A DNA stretch of 24,000 nt from Sphingobium sp. SCG-1 (GCF_002953135.1 NZ_CP026373.1:155795-179794); one strand, 5' to 3'. Shown: positions 1-8,897, counted from the stretch's first letter. The notes: generated by a model from the sequence alone, not told the origin. Translations and numbers: made by a program.

Positions 1-317
1 CTGGCGGCATCCTTGTCGCGAACCTGTGGGAGAAGCACCAACTTTGCGTCAACCGGCTGCGCAAGGCGTTCGGTAATGCGATCGTGGTTGTGCAGACGGA
101 ACGGGGTGACAATCGTGCTGTGTTCGCGCGGAAAGGGAGCAACCGTTCGCTATCGCCCGATTACGAAGCAGTCAGACTGGTCCATGGCGGGCGCCATGCC
201 GGCTTCCTACCACAGGTCGCCGAGCGCATTGCAAAGCAGGTCGCGCGCCGGAAATTGATCACCGAGATCGGAAAGGCTCTGTCGCCCGCTATCCAACCCA
301 ATGGTGCGGCAGCGTGA
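1..317 (+). CDS. C-terminal end of an unidentified protein (gene begins left of the window)
   Basis: Frame 3 is open from the window edge to TGA 315-317 and reads like ordinary protein (..ANLWEKHQLCVNRLRKAFGNAIVVVQTERGD..VAERIAKQVARRKLITEIGKAL). The competing frame 13..258 is Arg/Ser/Cys-rich GC shadow. No family recognised. Confidence 0.3.
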   Translation, partial: GGILVANLWEKHQLCVNRLRKAFGNAIVVVQTERGDNRAVFARKGSNRSLSPDYEAVRLVHGGRHAGFLPQVAERIAKQVARRKLITEIGKALSPAIQPNGAAA

Positions 318-595
318 TAAGCGATCTGCCGCTGCCCGTAAGCTTCCTTGTCGTGGTGTTCGATCGAAGCGCCAGAACCTTTTCTGTGGAAGGGCCCATT
401 CGGGATGAATGCGCGTGCCGGGAGGCGGTCGCCAGGGTTCGTAGGTGCGGGCGGGATGTCGAGTACGTCTCGTACCTTGACGGCTCAGCTCGCCAGTGGC
501 GCCGGAGTGCTGCTGAACGCTTCAGGAATGCCTCGCACTTCAAGAGGATAGGCATTGGCTCCATCCTCGGGACCGATCTGCGAAATTTGGAATAG
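314..595 (+). CDS. hypothetical small protein (93 aa), possibly translationally coupled to the preceding gene
   Basis: GTG 314-316 overlaps the upstream stop (GTGA). The ORF ends 10 nt before the maeB ATG. No family recognised; it could instead be non-coding leader. Confidence 0.25.
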   Translation: MISDLPLPVSFLVVVFDRSARTFSVEGPIRDECACREAVARVRRCGRDVEYVSYLDGSARQWRRSAAERFRNASHFKRIGIGSILGTDLRNLE

Positions 596-605
596 GACAA
601 AAGCA

Positions 606-2888
606 ATGGACGAGGACTTCCGCAAGGCAGCGCTCGATTACCACCGGCTGCCGCGGCCAGGAAAACTGGAAGTGCGCCCGACCAAACGGATGGTGAGCCA
701 GCGCGATCTGGCGCTCGCCTATTCGCCGGGTGTAGCCGCTGCCTGCGACATGATCGCCGCCAACCCGGACTGCGCCGATAGCTATACCGCGCGCGCTAAT
801 CTCGTCGCCGTCATCACCAACGGCACTGCCGTACTCGGCCTCGGCGACATCGGCCCGCTCGCTTCCAAGCCGGTGATGGAAGGCAAGGCGGTGCTCTTCA
901 AGAAATTCGCCGGCATCGACGTGTTTGACATCGAGGTCGACGCGCATGATCCAGACCACTTCGTCGCGGTGGTGGCGGCGCTGGAGCCGACCTTCGGCGG
1001 GATCAACCTTGAGGACATCAAGGCGCCCGAGTGCTTTGCGATTGAGGCCGCGCTCAGGAAGCGGATGAAAATCCCGGTCTTCCACGACGACCAGCACGGC
1101 ACCGCCATAGTATGCGCAGCAGCCGTCAGGAACGGGCTCTTGCTACAGGGCAAGAAGCTGGAGGAGGTGCGGCTTGTAACCTCAGGCGCAGGTGCGGCCG
1201 CGCTCGCCTGCGTCGACCTGCTGGTTGCAATGGGGTTGCCGGCGGAGAACGTCACACTGACCGACATCCGCGGCGTGGTCCACCGCGGCCGCGACCCTGA
1301 CATGTCAGCAAACATGGCACGCTATGCTCGCGAAACCGACGCGCGTTCGCTCGATGAAGTGCTCGCGGGCGCGGACGTGTTCCTCGGCCTGTCGGCGCCG
1401 CGCGTGCTTAAGCCCGAATGGCTGCCTTTGCTCGCCGACAAGCCGCTGATCCTGGCAATGGCGAACCCGGAACCCGAAATCCTGCCGGGGTTGGCCAGGG
1501 CCGCGCGCCCCGATGCAATCGTAGCAACCGGACGAGCGGATTACCCCAATCAGGTCAACAACGTGTTGTGCTTTCCGTTCATCTTCAGAGGTGCGCTCGA
1601 CGTCGGCGCGACCGCGATCGATGAGACGATGAAGCTCGCTGCCGCAGAAGCGATCGCCGAACTCGCGCGAAGCGAAGTTTCGGAGGTGGTAGCGGCCGCC
1701 TATGGCGGACAAACGCCGGTCTTCGGCCCCGACTACATCATACCTGCACCGTTCGACCCGCGCCTCATGCTGACAATCGCGCCCGCCGTTGCCAAAGCAG
1801 CGATGGCAGCCGGGCTCGCACGGCGCCCGATTACCGATTTCGATGCCTACGCGCAGGAGTTGGAGCGCTTCGTCTACCGATCGGGCCAACTGATGCGGCC
1901 AGTGGTCGAACGTGCGCGCCTCGCCCCCAAGCGCGTGGTCTATTCAGAGGGGGAGGATGAGCGCGTGTTGCGCGCTGCCCAAAGTGCTGTCGATGAACGC
2001 CTTGCGCGACCGCTGCTCGTCGGCCGGCGTGCAGTAATCACGGAGCGGATCGCCGCGCTCGGTCTTCGTCTGCAGGAAGGCGAGCACCTCGACATCGTCG
2101 ATCCCGGCTTTGACGAGGCAACGATGGCGCCGATGGTTGAAGCTTATACCCGCCTCGTCGGCCGGCGTGGCATCTTGCCGCCCGCAGCGGAGCGACGGGT
2201 ACGGACACGCCCTACTGTCACCGCAGCGATGCTGCTGGACGCAGGCCTCGCTGACGCAGCGCTGGTAGGAGGCTCCGGAGATTGGTGGCGCCATATGACC
2301 GAGGCGATGCCGATCGTCCGGCGCGCGGAGGGGATGGATCGGCTTTATGCGTTATCGGCGCTGGTGATCGGTAGCGGCACGCTGTTTATCTGCGACACGC
2401 ACATGAATGTCGATCCGACCGCAGAGCAGATCGCTGAGATGGTGCCGCTCGCGGCCGATATGGTGCGCCGCTTCGGACTGTCGCCCAAAGTAGCGCTGCT
2501 ATCGCATTCGAGCTTCGGTAGCTCGAATAGCCCCAGCGCACATAAAATGCGTAAGGCATTGGCGCTGATACGCTCCGCTGCACCCGAACTCGAGATTGAC
2601 GGCGAAATGCAGGCGGATGCGGCTTTGTCCGAGGCGCTCCGCCAGCGGATCGTCCGCGACAGCCCGCTCCTCGGATCGGCAAACCTGCTAGTGATGCCGA
2701 CGCTTGATGCCGCCAATATCGCGTTGTCGTTGCTGGCTGCCGCAGAGGAGGGGCTTGTGGTGGGGCCGATCCTCCTGGGGCCAGCGCAGCCACTCCATGT
2801 GCTTTCGCCATCCGTCACAGCTCGTGGAATCTCCAACATGACCGCTTTGGCGGTGATGCAATCGGGACTGGGCGCGGTTGCGGCCTGA
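606..2888 (+). CDS. maeB: NADP-dependent malic enzyme, two-domain MaeB type (malic enzyme domain plus phosphotransacetylase-like C-terminal domain)
   Basis: The translation from ATG 606 (MDEDFRKAALDYHRLPRPGKLEV..) carries typical malic-enzyme strings (LALAYSPGVA, GTAVLGLGDIGP, FGGINLEDIKAPECF, VFHDDQHGTAIV, NNVLCFPFIFRGALD). A ~330-aa PTA-like tail follows. The track ORF starts 51 nt earlier at 555, but that extension is not family-like. Confidence 0.93.
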   Translation: MDEDFRKAALDYHRLPRPGKLEVRPTKRMVSQRDLALAYSPGVAAACDMIAANPDCADSYTARANLVAVITNGTAVLGLGDIGPLASKPVMEGKAVLFKKFAGIDVFDIEVDAHDPDHFVAVVAALEPTFGGINLEDIKAPECFAIEAALRKRMKIPVFHDDQHGTAIVCAAAVRNGLLLQGKKLEEVRLVTSGAGAAALACVDLLVAMGLPAENVTLTDIRGVVHRGRDPDMSANMARYARETDARSLDEVLAGADVFLGLSAPRVLKPEWLPLLADKPLILAMANPEPEILPGLARAARPDAIVATGRADYPNQVNNVLCFPFIFRGALDVGATAIDETMKLAAAEAIAELARSEVSEVVAAAYGGQTPVFGPDYIIPAPFDPRLMLTIAPAVAKAAMAAGLARRPITDFDAYAQELERFVYRSGQLMRPVVERARLAPKRVVYSEGEDERVLRAAQSAVDERLARPLLVGRRAVITERIAALGLRLQEGEHLDIVDPGFDEATMAPMVEAYTRLVGRRGILPPAAERRVRTRPTVTAAMLLDAGLADAALVGGSGDWWRHMTEAMPIVRRAEGMDRLYALSALVIGSGTLFICDTHMNVDPTAEQIAEMVPLAADMVRRFGLSPKVALLSHSSFGSSNSPSAHKMRKALALIRSAAPELEIDGEMQADAALSEALRQRIVRDSPLLGSANLLVMPTLDAANIALSLLAAAEEGLVVGPILLGPAQPLHVLSPSVTARGISNMTALAVMQSGLGAVAA

Positions 2889-2967
2889 GCAGCTTCTTCG
2901 CGGCGTGCTCTGTGCTCGAGCTCGGCAAGCTCCTGCGCGACAAGGCTGACTTGTTAGTATGAAGCCT

Positions 2968-2988
2968 GCGGGGACGGGCCCCCGCTTG
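2968..2988 (+). terminator. weak candidate stem-loop downstream of maeB
   Basis: GCGGGG (2968-2973) pairs with CCCCGC (2980-2985) around a 6-nt loop, followed only by TT. GC-rich stem but a poor U-tract. Confidence 0.3.
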
Positions 2989-3037
2989 GCGAAAGTTATA
3001 TTCAAATGCGATGCATCGACAGCAATAGGATCTCTCC

Positions 3038-3343
3038 ATGAGTGATGACGATTACGTATACGATGACGCCTCAGGGGAATGGATGCCCCCTAGCGAGCTA
3101 GCATCCCGCCAAGCAGCAGTTAAGCGGACAGAAGTCCGGGATTCAGTTGGTAATCTGCTTGCAGATGGCGATCAGGTCACACTGATCAAGGATCTAGAGG
3201 TGAAAGGCGCTGGTCAGACATTCAAGCGCGGGACGCTGATCAAATCGATTCGTCTAACCAGCGATAGTCAAGAAATCGACTGCCGCTATGAGGGCATCAA
3301 GGGGCTCGTCCTGCGCGCAGAGTTTGTCCGCAAGAGGACATAG
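3038..3343 (+). CDS. PhnA/YjdM-family protein, short form lacking the N-terminal zinc ribbon
   Basis: The C-terminal two thirds match the PhnA C-domain pattern (DSVGNLLADGDQVTLIKDLEVKGAGQTFKRGTLIKSIRLTSDSQEIDCRYEGIKGLVLRAEFVRK). The N-terminus is acidic with no CxxC pairs. Confidence 0.8.
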   Translation: MSDDDYVYDDASGEWMPPSELASRQAAVKRTEVRDSVGNLLADGDQVTLIKDLEVKGAGQTFKRGTLIKSIRLTSDSQEIDCRYEGIKGLVLRAEFVRKRT

Positions 3344-3405
3344 TCCAGCGGAATATCGGATCGCCCTCGATCATCACTTGTCCTTTTTCAGAAAGGTACG
3401 ACAAC

Positions 3406-3597
3406 ATGTCGCCAAGGTCGCCTGTCAAGTCGTTCGCTCGCAACAGCGAACTCTACTTAAGCCGCAAGAACGCGTGCCTCGAAGAAGCTAGGGGTGCTTC
3501 CCTTCCGTGCGTGAGGGAGCGCTCGTTGCGTGCCGCCTCGGCATGGAAGGAGATGTACATCAAGGCTCAGCTGCACGAACAGCGCTCAGGACGATGA
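3406..3597 (+). CDS. hypothetical small helical protein (63 aa)
   Basis: ATG ORF in a 360-bp gap. The sequence (..ACLEEARGASLPCVRERSLRAASAWKEMYIKAQ..) resembles small helical hypothetical proteins I recall from alphaproteobacteria. No strong SD. Confidence 0.3.
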   Translation: MSPRSPVKSFARNSELYLSRKNACLEEARGASLPCVRERSLRAASAWKEMYIKAQLHEQRSGR

Positions 3598-3739
3598 ACA
3601 AGCGTGGTCGTCAGGCTGACCGGGCGACGGCCAGCCTTCGGAGGGAAGGGCATCGCCCCGCCTTTGTGATCGCCTGTGATCCGCCTAGGATGGGCCCTCG
3701 CGAGGTTTGGCAGACGGCGCACAGGGACTCAAATTCAGT

Positions 3740-6022
3740 ATGACGCTTACCGGCACGCACGATTTTGCCTTGGTTTGGATCTCAATCCTCATCGCCATTG
3801 CCGCCTCTTATACGGCCCTCGACCTCGTCGGCCGTGTCCGGGCGTCGGAGGACAGGGCAAAGCGGCTCTGGTTGGCGGCCGCCGCCTTGGCAATGGGGGG
3901 CGGAATATGGGCAATGCATTTCGTCGCGATGCTCGCCTTCAGCATGCCAGGTATGGAAGCCGATTATGACCTGGGGCTGACACTCGCCTCGCTGTTGGTA
4001 GCCATTGCGGCGACCGGCATCGGTTTCACCATCATGAGCCGCCACTCGCTGCCGACGGGCCCAAGGCTGATCGGCGCTGGCCTGATCATGGGGTTTGGCG
4101 TGGTCGCGATGCACTACATGGGCATGTCGGCGATGCGCATGGCAGCCGACTTGCGCTACGACAGGTTTTGGGTCGCTGTTTCCATCCTCGTGGCCGTTGG
4201 CGCAGCTACGGCTGCGCTATGGCTCGCCTCGCGCCGAAGCGGACATGTCGAGCGGATCATCGCCGCCATCGTTATGGGCGGGGCGATCTCCGGCATGCAC
4301 TTGGCCGGTATGCAGGCGGCCGTCTTCGTAGCGAAAAGCCATGTCGATAGGGCCAGCGGACCAACCGGGCTGGGGCAAGCGGCGATTGCGGTTGCGGTGT
4401 CGGTCGCGACCTTTCTGATACTCGCGACGGCACTTGCGGCAGCGATGTTCGACCGTCGCCTGGCGTCCATGGCCGAACGCGAAGCAGAGTTCCTGCGACA
4501 AAACCAGGAGAGGTTTCGGAGGCTCTATAAGGGAACGCCACTTCCCCTTCATTCGACCGATAAGGCTGGCTGTCTTGAGCATGTGAGCGATGCGTGGTGC
4601 GCGCTGCTTGGGTACGATCGCGGGGAGGTGATCGGGCGACCCTTCGTCCACTTTCTCACGGAAGCCTCCGCCAAGCGATTCTTGCAAGAGGACTGGCCCG
4701 GCCTGCTCTCGAAGGGGGACCTTAGCGGCGGGGAGCATCGAGCCATCACCAAATTAGGCGCGATCCTGGACGTCGTGATCTCGGCTCGCGTGGAACGTGA
4801 CCCCGAGGGTAATTTCGTCCAGGTCCTCGCGGGGCTTACTGACGTAACGGAACGGAAGAGGGCTGAGGAGGCACTGCGCCAGTCGCAGAAGATGGAAGCT
4901 GTTGGCCACCTCACCGGAGGTGTCGCTCACGATTTCAATAATCTGCTCGCCATAGTGATCGGAAATCTCGACCTGCTCAGGAAGCGGTTGCCTGATGATC
5001 CTAAGGCGGCCCGCTTCCTGGAGAGCGCCCTCGAGGGTGCCCGACGTGGAGCAACCCTGACCCAACGGCTGCTATCTTTCGCGCGGAAGCAGGATCTTAA
5101 GCCTGAGCAGGTGGACATTTCACAACTCGTGCGCGGCATGTCCGACATGATGCAGCGCTCACTCGGCCCGATGATAAAGATCGGCACTCGTTTGCCCCTC
5201 GCCTTGAGCGCCGTCGAAGTCGATCCTCACCAGCTAGAGCTTGCGATCCTTAACCTTGCTGTGAACGCGCGCGATGCGATGCCGGATGGCGGTGATGTCG
5301 AGATTTCGGCTACCGAGGAAATTGTTGGGGCAAATGAGGATCTCGCGCCGGGGAGCTACGTCCGATTGGTCGTTGCAGACACCGGCGAGGGGATGGACAG
5401 CGAGACGCTCACCCGAGCATCGGAGCCCTTTTTCACGAGCAAGGGGGTAGGCAAGGGCACAGGCCTGGGGCTTTCGATGGTGCAGGGCTTTGCAGCACAA
5501 TCGGGCGGACGTCTGACGCTCCAAAGTGCGGTTGGCCACGGCACCAAAGCGGAGATCTGGCTTCCCGCCGCCAAGGCGGCAACAGGGCAGGCCCACGATC
5601 GCGAGCAGCAGCCAAGTGCCTCGCTGCCGGCGTTGGAATCGCGCGCTATCCTGGTCGTGGATGACGATCCGCTGGTGCTGGCTAACACAGTCGCGATGCT
5701 GGAGGATCTCGGCCACCGCGTTGCGCCCGCTATTTCAGGGCCAGACGCGATCCAGCAGCTCGATCATGGTCTCGAAGTTGATCTGGTCCTCACGGACCAG
5801 ATGATGCCGCAGATGACGGGCGTTCAGTTGGCCGGTGCTTTGATCAAGCGCAGGCCAAGCCTGCCCGTGCTGCTGGTGAGTGGTTACGTGGAGTTCGCGC
5901 CAGACGAGCCGCACCGGCTCCCGACGCTACAGAAACCTTTCGATCAGCGGGCGCTTGCGGAAGCCGTAGAGGCCATCTTCACTGCCTCGAACGCAGTTTC
6001 GCTGCGCGGTAAGCGGCGCTGA
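3740..6022 (+). CDS. hybrid sensor histidine kinase: MHYT membrane domain, PAS, HisKA, HATPase, receiver
   Basis: There are three MHYT-type motifs in TM helices (WAMHFVAML, VAMHYMGMS, SGMHLAGMQ). The H-box is GGVAHDFNNLL, followed by N/G boxes (NLAVNARDAMPDGG, DTGEGM, GKGTGLGLS). The C-terminal receiver reads ILVVDDDPLV..DLVLTDQMMPQMTG..LLVSGY. ATG 3740 is preferred over the TTG at 3707 of the track ORF. Confidence 0.9.
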   Translation: MTLTGTHDFALVWISILIAIAASYTALDLVGRVRASEDRAKRLWLAAAALAMGGGIWAMHFVAMLAFSMPGMEADYDLGLTLASLLVAIAATGIGFTIMSRHSLPTGPRLIGAGLIMGFGVVAMHYMGMSAMRMAADLRYDRFWVAVSILVAVGAATAALWLASRRSGHVERIIAAIVMGGAISGMHLAGMQAAVFVAKSHVDRASGPTGLGQAAIAVAVSVATFLILATALAAAMFDRRLASMAEREAEFLRQNQERFRRLYKGTPLPLHSTDKAGCLEHVSDAWCALLGYDRGEVIGRPFVHFLTEASAKRFLQEDWPGLLSKGDLSGGEHRAITKLGAILDVVISARVERDPEGNFVQVLAGLTDVTERKRAEEALRQSQKMEAVGHLTGGVAHDFNNLLAIVIGNLDLLRKRLPDDPKAARFLESALEGARRGATLTQRLLSFARKQDLKPEQVDISQLVRGMSDMMQRSLGPMIKIGTRLPLALSAVEVDPHQLELAILNLAVNARDAMPDGGDVEISATEEIVGANEDLAPGSYVRLVVADTGEGMDSETLTRASEPFFTSKGVGKGTGLGLSMVQGFAAQSGGRLTLQSAVGHGTKAEIWLPAAKAATGQAHDREQQPSASLPALESRAILVVDDDPLVLANTVAMLEDLGHRVAPAISGPDAIQQLDHGLEVDLVLTDQMMPQMTGVQLAGALIKRRPSLPVLLVSGYVEFAPDEPHRLPTLQKPFDQRALAEAVEAIFTASNAVSLRGKRR

Positions 6023-6080
6023 CCTAAAATGGCAGGGTGCGCCCGCCAACTGGCGGATCGCCGGTGCGCCACGAGGCTGG

Positions 6081-6991
6081 TTAGTGGCTCCGGCCCCTGT
6101 TGCGAGGCTCAGGCGTGGGGCCACGATTGGGCGCCCGGCCGATCTCGGCATCGAGAGTGCCGCCCGTCTTGATGCGCTCGGCGACAGGCTGGCACGTCGA
6201 CTCCACGATCGTGCTGACCTTGCGCGCACTCTCCCCCGATCGCGCGCAGTCTTCAAAGCGGTATCGACGATCGCCTGGGCGGGGCGAGGCGTGGATCGGC
6301 TTTGTTCTTCTCGGGCGTGTTCTTCAGGAACTCCGCCGCGAGCTGTTCCTGCCCCGGCGAGTGCCCGGGTGGCAAGACGGGGCGCTCCAGGGAGCGGACG
6401 GCGCGCTGAAGCTGCACCGGCTGCTGGTTGTCGATCTGAACCCCAAGCGCCGCGCCGATCTCCCGCACGCGCGCGAGCGGCGTCTGCTGGGAAGAGATAA
6501 CGGCATCGACCTGTCGGACGCCGAGGTAGGTGAGCAGGTGCGATTGGTAGACCGGTCCCTTGGCGTGCCGGACATAGGCGAGTTCCGTGCGCGCGTTAGC
6601 GAATCGCGGCAGAAGGGGCGCCCTCCGCGATCAAGCCGCGCAACCGGTCGGCGGCTTGTAGACGGGCGGCTGGAAGGTAGCAGTCCAGCTCCTCCCGCGC
6701 TTTGACAAGCGTCACGCGGTAGCGCTGGCCCTCTGGCGCGGCGCGCTGAGGCAGCATGGCGACGCCGGCAGGACCGATGCGCGCTTCGGGCGCGAGGTCG
6801 CGCCGGATTGCCGCGGCGGCCAAAACAGCGGCCATGCCGCGATGGTCGCCCGTCAGGAAGCCGTGGCGCGACGCCTCCGTCCATGCCGTCTTGTCGATTG
6901 AGGAAATACGGATGGGTGGCCGTACGGGCACAACGGCCTCAAGTTCTCGGAGACGACGGAGGTCGCGGAAATGGTGATGACGGGCCGGCAT
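6081..6991 (-). pseudogene. frameshifted (and probably 5'-truncated) gene of unrecognised family
   Basis: Three consecutive minus-strand segments read like normal protein, but each is in a different frame. Segment 1 is 6991-6596 (..[64 protein letters not shown]). Segment 2 is ~6630-6256 (..TELAYVRHAKGPVYQSHLLTYLGVRQVDAVISSQQTPLARVREIGAALGVQIDNQQPVQLQRAV..FLKNTPEKNKADP). Segment 3 is ~6300-6084 (..RYRFEDCARSGESARKVSTIVESTCQPVAERIKTGGTLDAEIGRAP..), with stop TAA at 6083-6081. The frame switches fall near 6600-6630 and 6280-6300. I translated these by hand. Confidence 0.4.
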
Positions 6992-6994
6992 CGC

Positions 6995-7411
6995 GCGTCC
7001 CGATCATCCGGGGGCACCTCGGCAGCGGCTGACGTGACCGCCGCCTTTCATCCAGCGGCAACCAGAGACCGATCGTTCTTGTCGCGCATGAGTGTGAACC
7101 GGCTCGAGGAAGAGGCCCGGATCGGCAAGGCTGGGACCCTGGCGGCCCACCTCTCGCGGCTGGATGTGGTCGTGCTCGACGAGCTCGGCTACCTGCCGTT
7201 CGCCCGCTCCGGCGGCCAGCTGCTGTTCCACCTCGTCAGCAAGCTCTACGAGCGCACCTCGGTGATTATCACTACCAACCTGGCGTTCGGCGAGCGGCCG
7301 AGCGTGTTCGGTGATCCCAAGATGACCACCGCCATGCTCGACCGGCTCACCCACCACTGCGACATCGCCGAGACCGGCAACGACAGCTGGCGCCTCAAAC
7401 ACCGCAGCTGA
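6995..7411 (+). pseudogene. istB: 5'-truncated IS21-family istB (helper ATPase) remnant
   Basis: The C-terminal ~110 aa are a clear IstB match ([82 protein letters not shown]). The Walker A region and the whole istA gene that should precede it are absent. Confidence 0.8.
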
Positions 7412-7436
7412 CGCCCAGGCAGTCGATCAGGAGTGC

Positions 7437-7498
7437 TTCGCGCTGGTTTTTGCGGCGTAGGGCGGGCGTAGCCCGACCGGAGGCGCAACCAGCGCGAA
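7437..7498. repeat. perfect 12-bp inverted repeat inside the IS21 end
   Basis: TTCGCGCTGGTT (7437-7448) and AACCAGCGCGAA (7487-7498) are exact reverse complements separated by 38 nt. Confidence 0.7.
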
Positions 7499-7532
7499 AG
7501 GAGCGCCCGTCATCCTCGTCCCGCCAATCGAA

Positions 7533-7578
7533 AAGGGGGTCCCTGTTCGACGCCGATAAGGGGTTCCGGTTGGACGCC
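7533..7578 (+). repeat. tandem subterminal direct repeats (candidate transposase binding sites) of the IS21 remnant
   Basis: AAGGGGGTCCCTGTTCGACGCC (7533-7554) and AAGGGGTTCCGGTTGGACGCC (7558-7578). Confidence 0.55.
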
Positions 7579-7611
7579 TATTTACACGTGTGAATCCATC
7601 GCCCCGCCCCG

Positions 7612-7632
7612 CCGCCTGATTCAGGCGGTTTT
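7612..7632 (+). terminator. intrinsic terminator-like hairpin just outside the IS end
   Basis: CCGCCTGA (7612-7619) and TCAGGCGG (7621-7628) form a GC-rich hairpin, followed by TTTT (7629-7632). Confidence 0.55.
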
Positions 7633-7674
7633 CAGTACCGCGCAATGGGCGCATAAACCGACCTCTCTGAGCAG

Positions 7675-7899
7675 GTGAGTCGCACGATGGAGGCGAGCAT
7701 GTGCGAGGAAAATCTTGCATTTTATGAGCGGCGCGCGCGCCAGGAGGCTGAGGCAGCGGCGTCGGCTGTCAGCCCGGCCGTAGCGTCTGCCCACCGACTG
7801 CTGTCGATTCAGTATGAAGACGATATTCGAGAACAGCACGCCGCCCACCCGCACCCGCAAGCTGTCCACAATCGGCATATCGAGACAGCCGATGGCTGA
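7675..7899 (+). CDS. hypothetical small protein (74 aa)
   Basis: The ORF has a helical, Ala/Glu-rich N-half (EENLAFYERRARQEAEAAASAVSPAVASAHRLLSIQYEDD). No family recognised, and competing shadow ORFs overlap it. Confidence 0.3.
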   Translation: MSRTMEASMCEENLAFYERRARQEAEAAASAVSPAVASAHRLLSIQYEDDIREQHAAHPHPQAVHNRHIETADG

Positions 7900-8112
7900 A
7901 AGCGCCCTCGGTGGAGTCGGGTAAGCGTGCCCAGGCCGGATGCTGCCGCAACCCAGTGAGGCGCGCCGGGGCTCACGGACTCCTTGGCCGTGCCCGTAGC
8001 CATCGCCAGTTCGATGCTCGACGGCATGGCTGCCGTGACTCAATCAAGATCGCACCCAAGCCTGCCGACAAGTCCGGTCCGACCCAGGTGGGGATGTGGG
8101 GATCTGTGACCG

Positions 8113-8262
8113 CTAATTTCCGTTGAGCGCCTTGTGAAGATCGCGCAGTGTCAGCTCTTCAGCGATCAAGGCGCTCGCGCGTGTCTTGACGCGTGCTTGC
8201 CGCTCCGCCGACATGCTGTTGAAAACGTCATCGATGGGAACGGTCTTATATTCATTCGCCAC
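8113..8262 (-). pseudogene. truncated XRE/HigA-like antitoxin fragment (N-terminal ~49 aa only)
   Basis: Hand translation gives VANEYKTVPIDDVFNSMSAERQARVKTRASALIAEELTLRDLHKALNGN*. The ..ERQARV..RA.ALIAEE.TLRDL.KA.. stretch is the part that normally precedes the helix-turn-helix in this antitoxin type, and the HTH itself is missing. GAGG lies 6 nt upstream of GTG 8262. It is below the track's 60-aa cutoff. Confidence 0.4.
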
Positions 8263-8326
8263 GGTTGGCCTCACTTGCCCGCAAGAGTTACTTAATGTTT
8301 GTCGACCTCGCCAACGGCCTATTGGT

Positions 8327-8647
8327 TCACGCGAACAATTCGGAGTGCGTTCCGGCCCGCGTGAAGCTGATTCTATTTTTCTCGACCATGTAGATCAGTA
8401 GGAAGTCGCCGCCGATATGGCACTCGCGGTGATCCGCCCATTCTCCTTTCAGAGCATGGTCCAACCACTCCGGTCCAAGCGGCGCATCATTGGCGATCAG
8501 GAGAAGCATCGCCTCTTTGAGCTGGTGCATATTGTACCGACCAGAACGCGAGAGCCTGTCCCAATCTTTCACGAAGCTTTTGGTATAGGCGGCTTCTCGG
8601 AGAAGGGACGCTCGCTTACTGCTGGCGGGCGTCTTGGTCGAGGGCAT
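8327..8647 (-). CDS. yafQ: type II toxin, YafQ family (RelE superfamily mRNA interferase)
   Basis: The translation ..YTKSFVKDWDRLSRSGRYNMHQLKEAMLLLIANDAPLGPEWLDHALKGEWADHRECHIGGDFLLIYMVEKNRISFTRAGTHSELFA aligns along its whole length with my memory of E. coli YafQ. The start is ATG 8647 or 8665, and both overlap the dinJ 3' end. Confidence 0.85.
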   Translation of the reverse strand: MPSTKTPASSKRASLLREAAYTKSFVKDWDRLSRSGRYNMHQLKEAMLLLIANDAPLGPEWLDHALKGEWADHRECHIGGDFLLIYMVEKNRISFTRAGTHSELFA

Positions 8648-8897
8648 CAAAAACGTCCTGGGCATCGGTGAAACGGGCGCGGCGCCCCTTCATCAAGGCG
8701 CGCGATTCCTCAATGGCTGCCCGCGTTTCGGCGTTCGGCACTTTGAGCTCGAACGGCAATGCATGATCGCGGGCGACGCGCGTGAGAGTCATGCGTACGA
8801 CGTCGGACACGGTAAGTCCCAACTCAGCCAGCACGGCGGCGGCTTCATCCCTTACAGCTTCGTCGATGCGTGCGCGCACGAAGGCGGTCGCGGCCAT
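8616..8897 (-). CDS. dinJ: type II antitoxin, DinJ/RelB family
   Basis: MAATAFVRARIDEAVRDEAAAVLAELGLTVSDVVRMTLTRVARDHALPFEL.. is nearly collinear with E. coli DinJ (MAANAFVRARIDEDLKNQAADVLAGMGLTISDLVRITLTKVAREKALPFDL). A GAGGAG SD lies 5-6 nt upstream of ATG 8897. Confidence 0.88.
   Translation of the reverse strand: MAATAFVRARIDEAVRDEAAAVLAELGLTVSDVVRMTLTRVARDHALPFELKVPNAETRAAIEESRALMKGRRARFTDAQDVFDALDQDARQQ

Larger units (their letters stand above)
6995..7586 (+). mobile_element. right-hand remnant of an IS21-family insertion sequence
   Basis: An istB fragment is followed by ~175 bp of non-coding end carrying two tandem ~21-bp repeats and terminating in ..TTTACA (7581-7586). This fits the multi-repeat, CA-terminated ends of IS21-family elements. 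The left boundary is a deletion or recombination junction and is approximate. Confidence 0.6.

Noticed and set aside
540-2839. Long minus-strand and off-frame ORFs overlapping maeB (for example 540..1097, 782..1315, 1305..1889, 2345..2839).
   Set aside because: Their translations are Arg/Ala/Ser/Pro-rich with no family features, and they sit antisense or out of frame to a confidently identified gene. These are typical high-GC shadow ORFs.
3014-3022. Additional copies of the 9-mer CATCGACAG at 3014-3022 (upstream of the PhnA-like gene) and, inverted, at 1987-1995 inside maeB, as possible further members of the box A/B motif.
   Set aside because: Only the 9-mer is shared, not the TTAGAC..GTG part. 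ATC-GAC is a very common codon pair in high-GC DNA, so isolated 9-mer hits are weak evidence.
3038-3343. The PhnA-like gene as evidence for a phosphonate utilisation locus.
   Set aside because: No phn/C-P lyase or phosphonatase genes are nearby. This short PhnA-domain protein occurs widely on its own, and its role is unclear.
6084-6884. Plus-strand ORFs 6084..6500 and 6100..6705, and minus-strand ORF 6324..6884.
   Set aside because: Their composition is extremely Arg/Ala/Pro/Ser-rich. The protein-like reading of this region is on the minus strand in three shifted segments, annotated here as a pseudogene.
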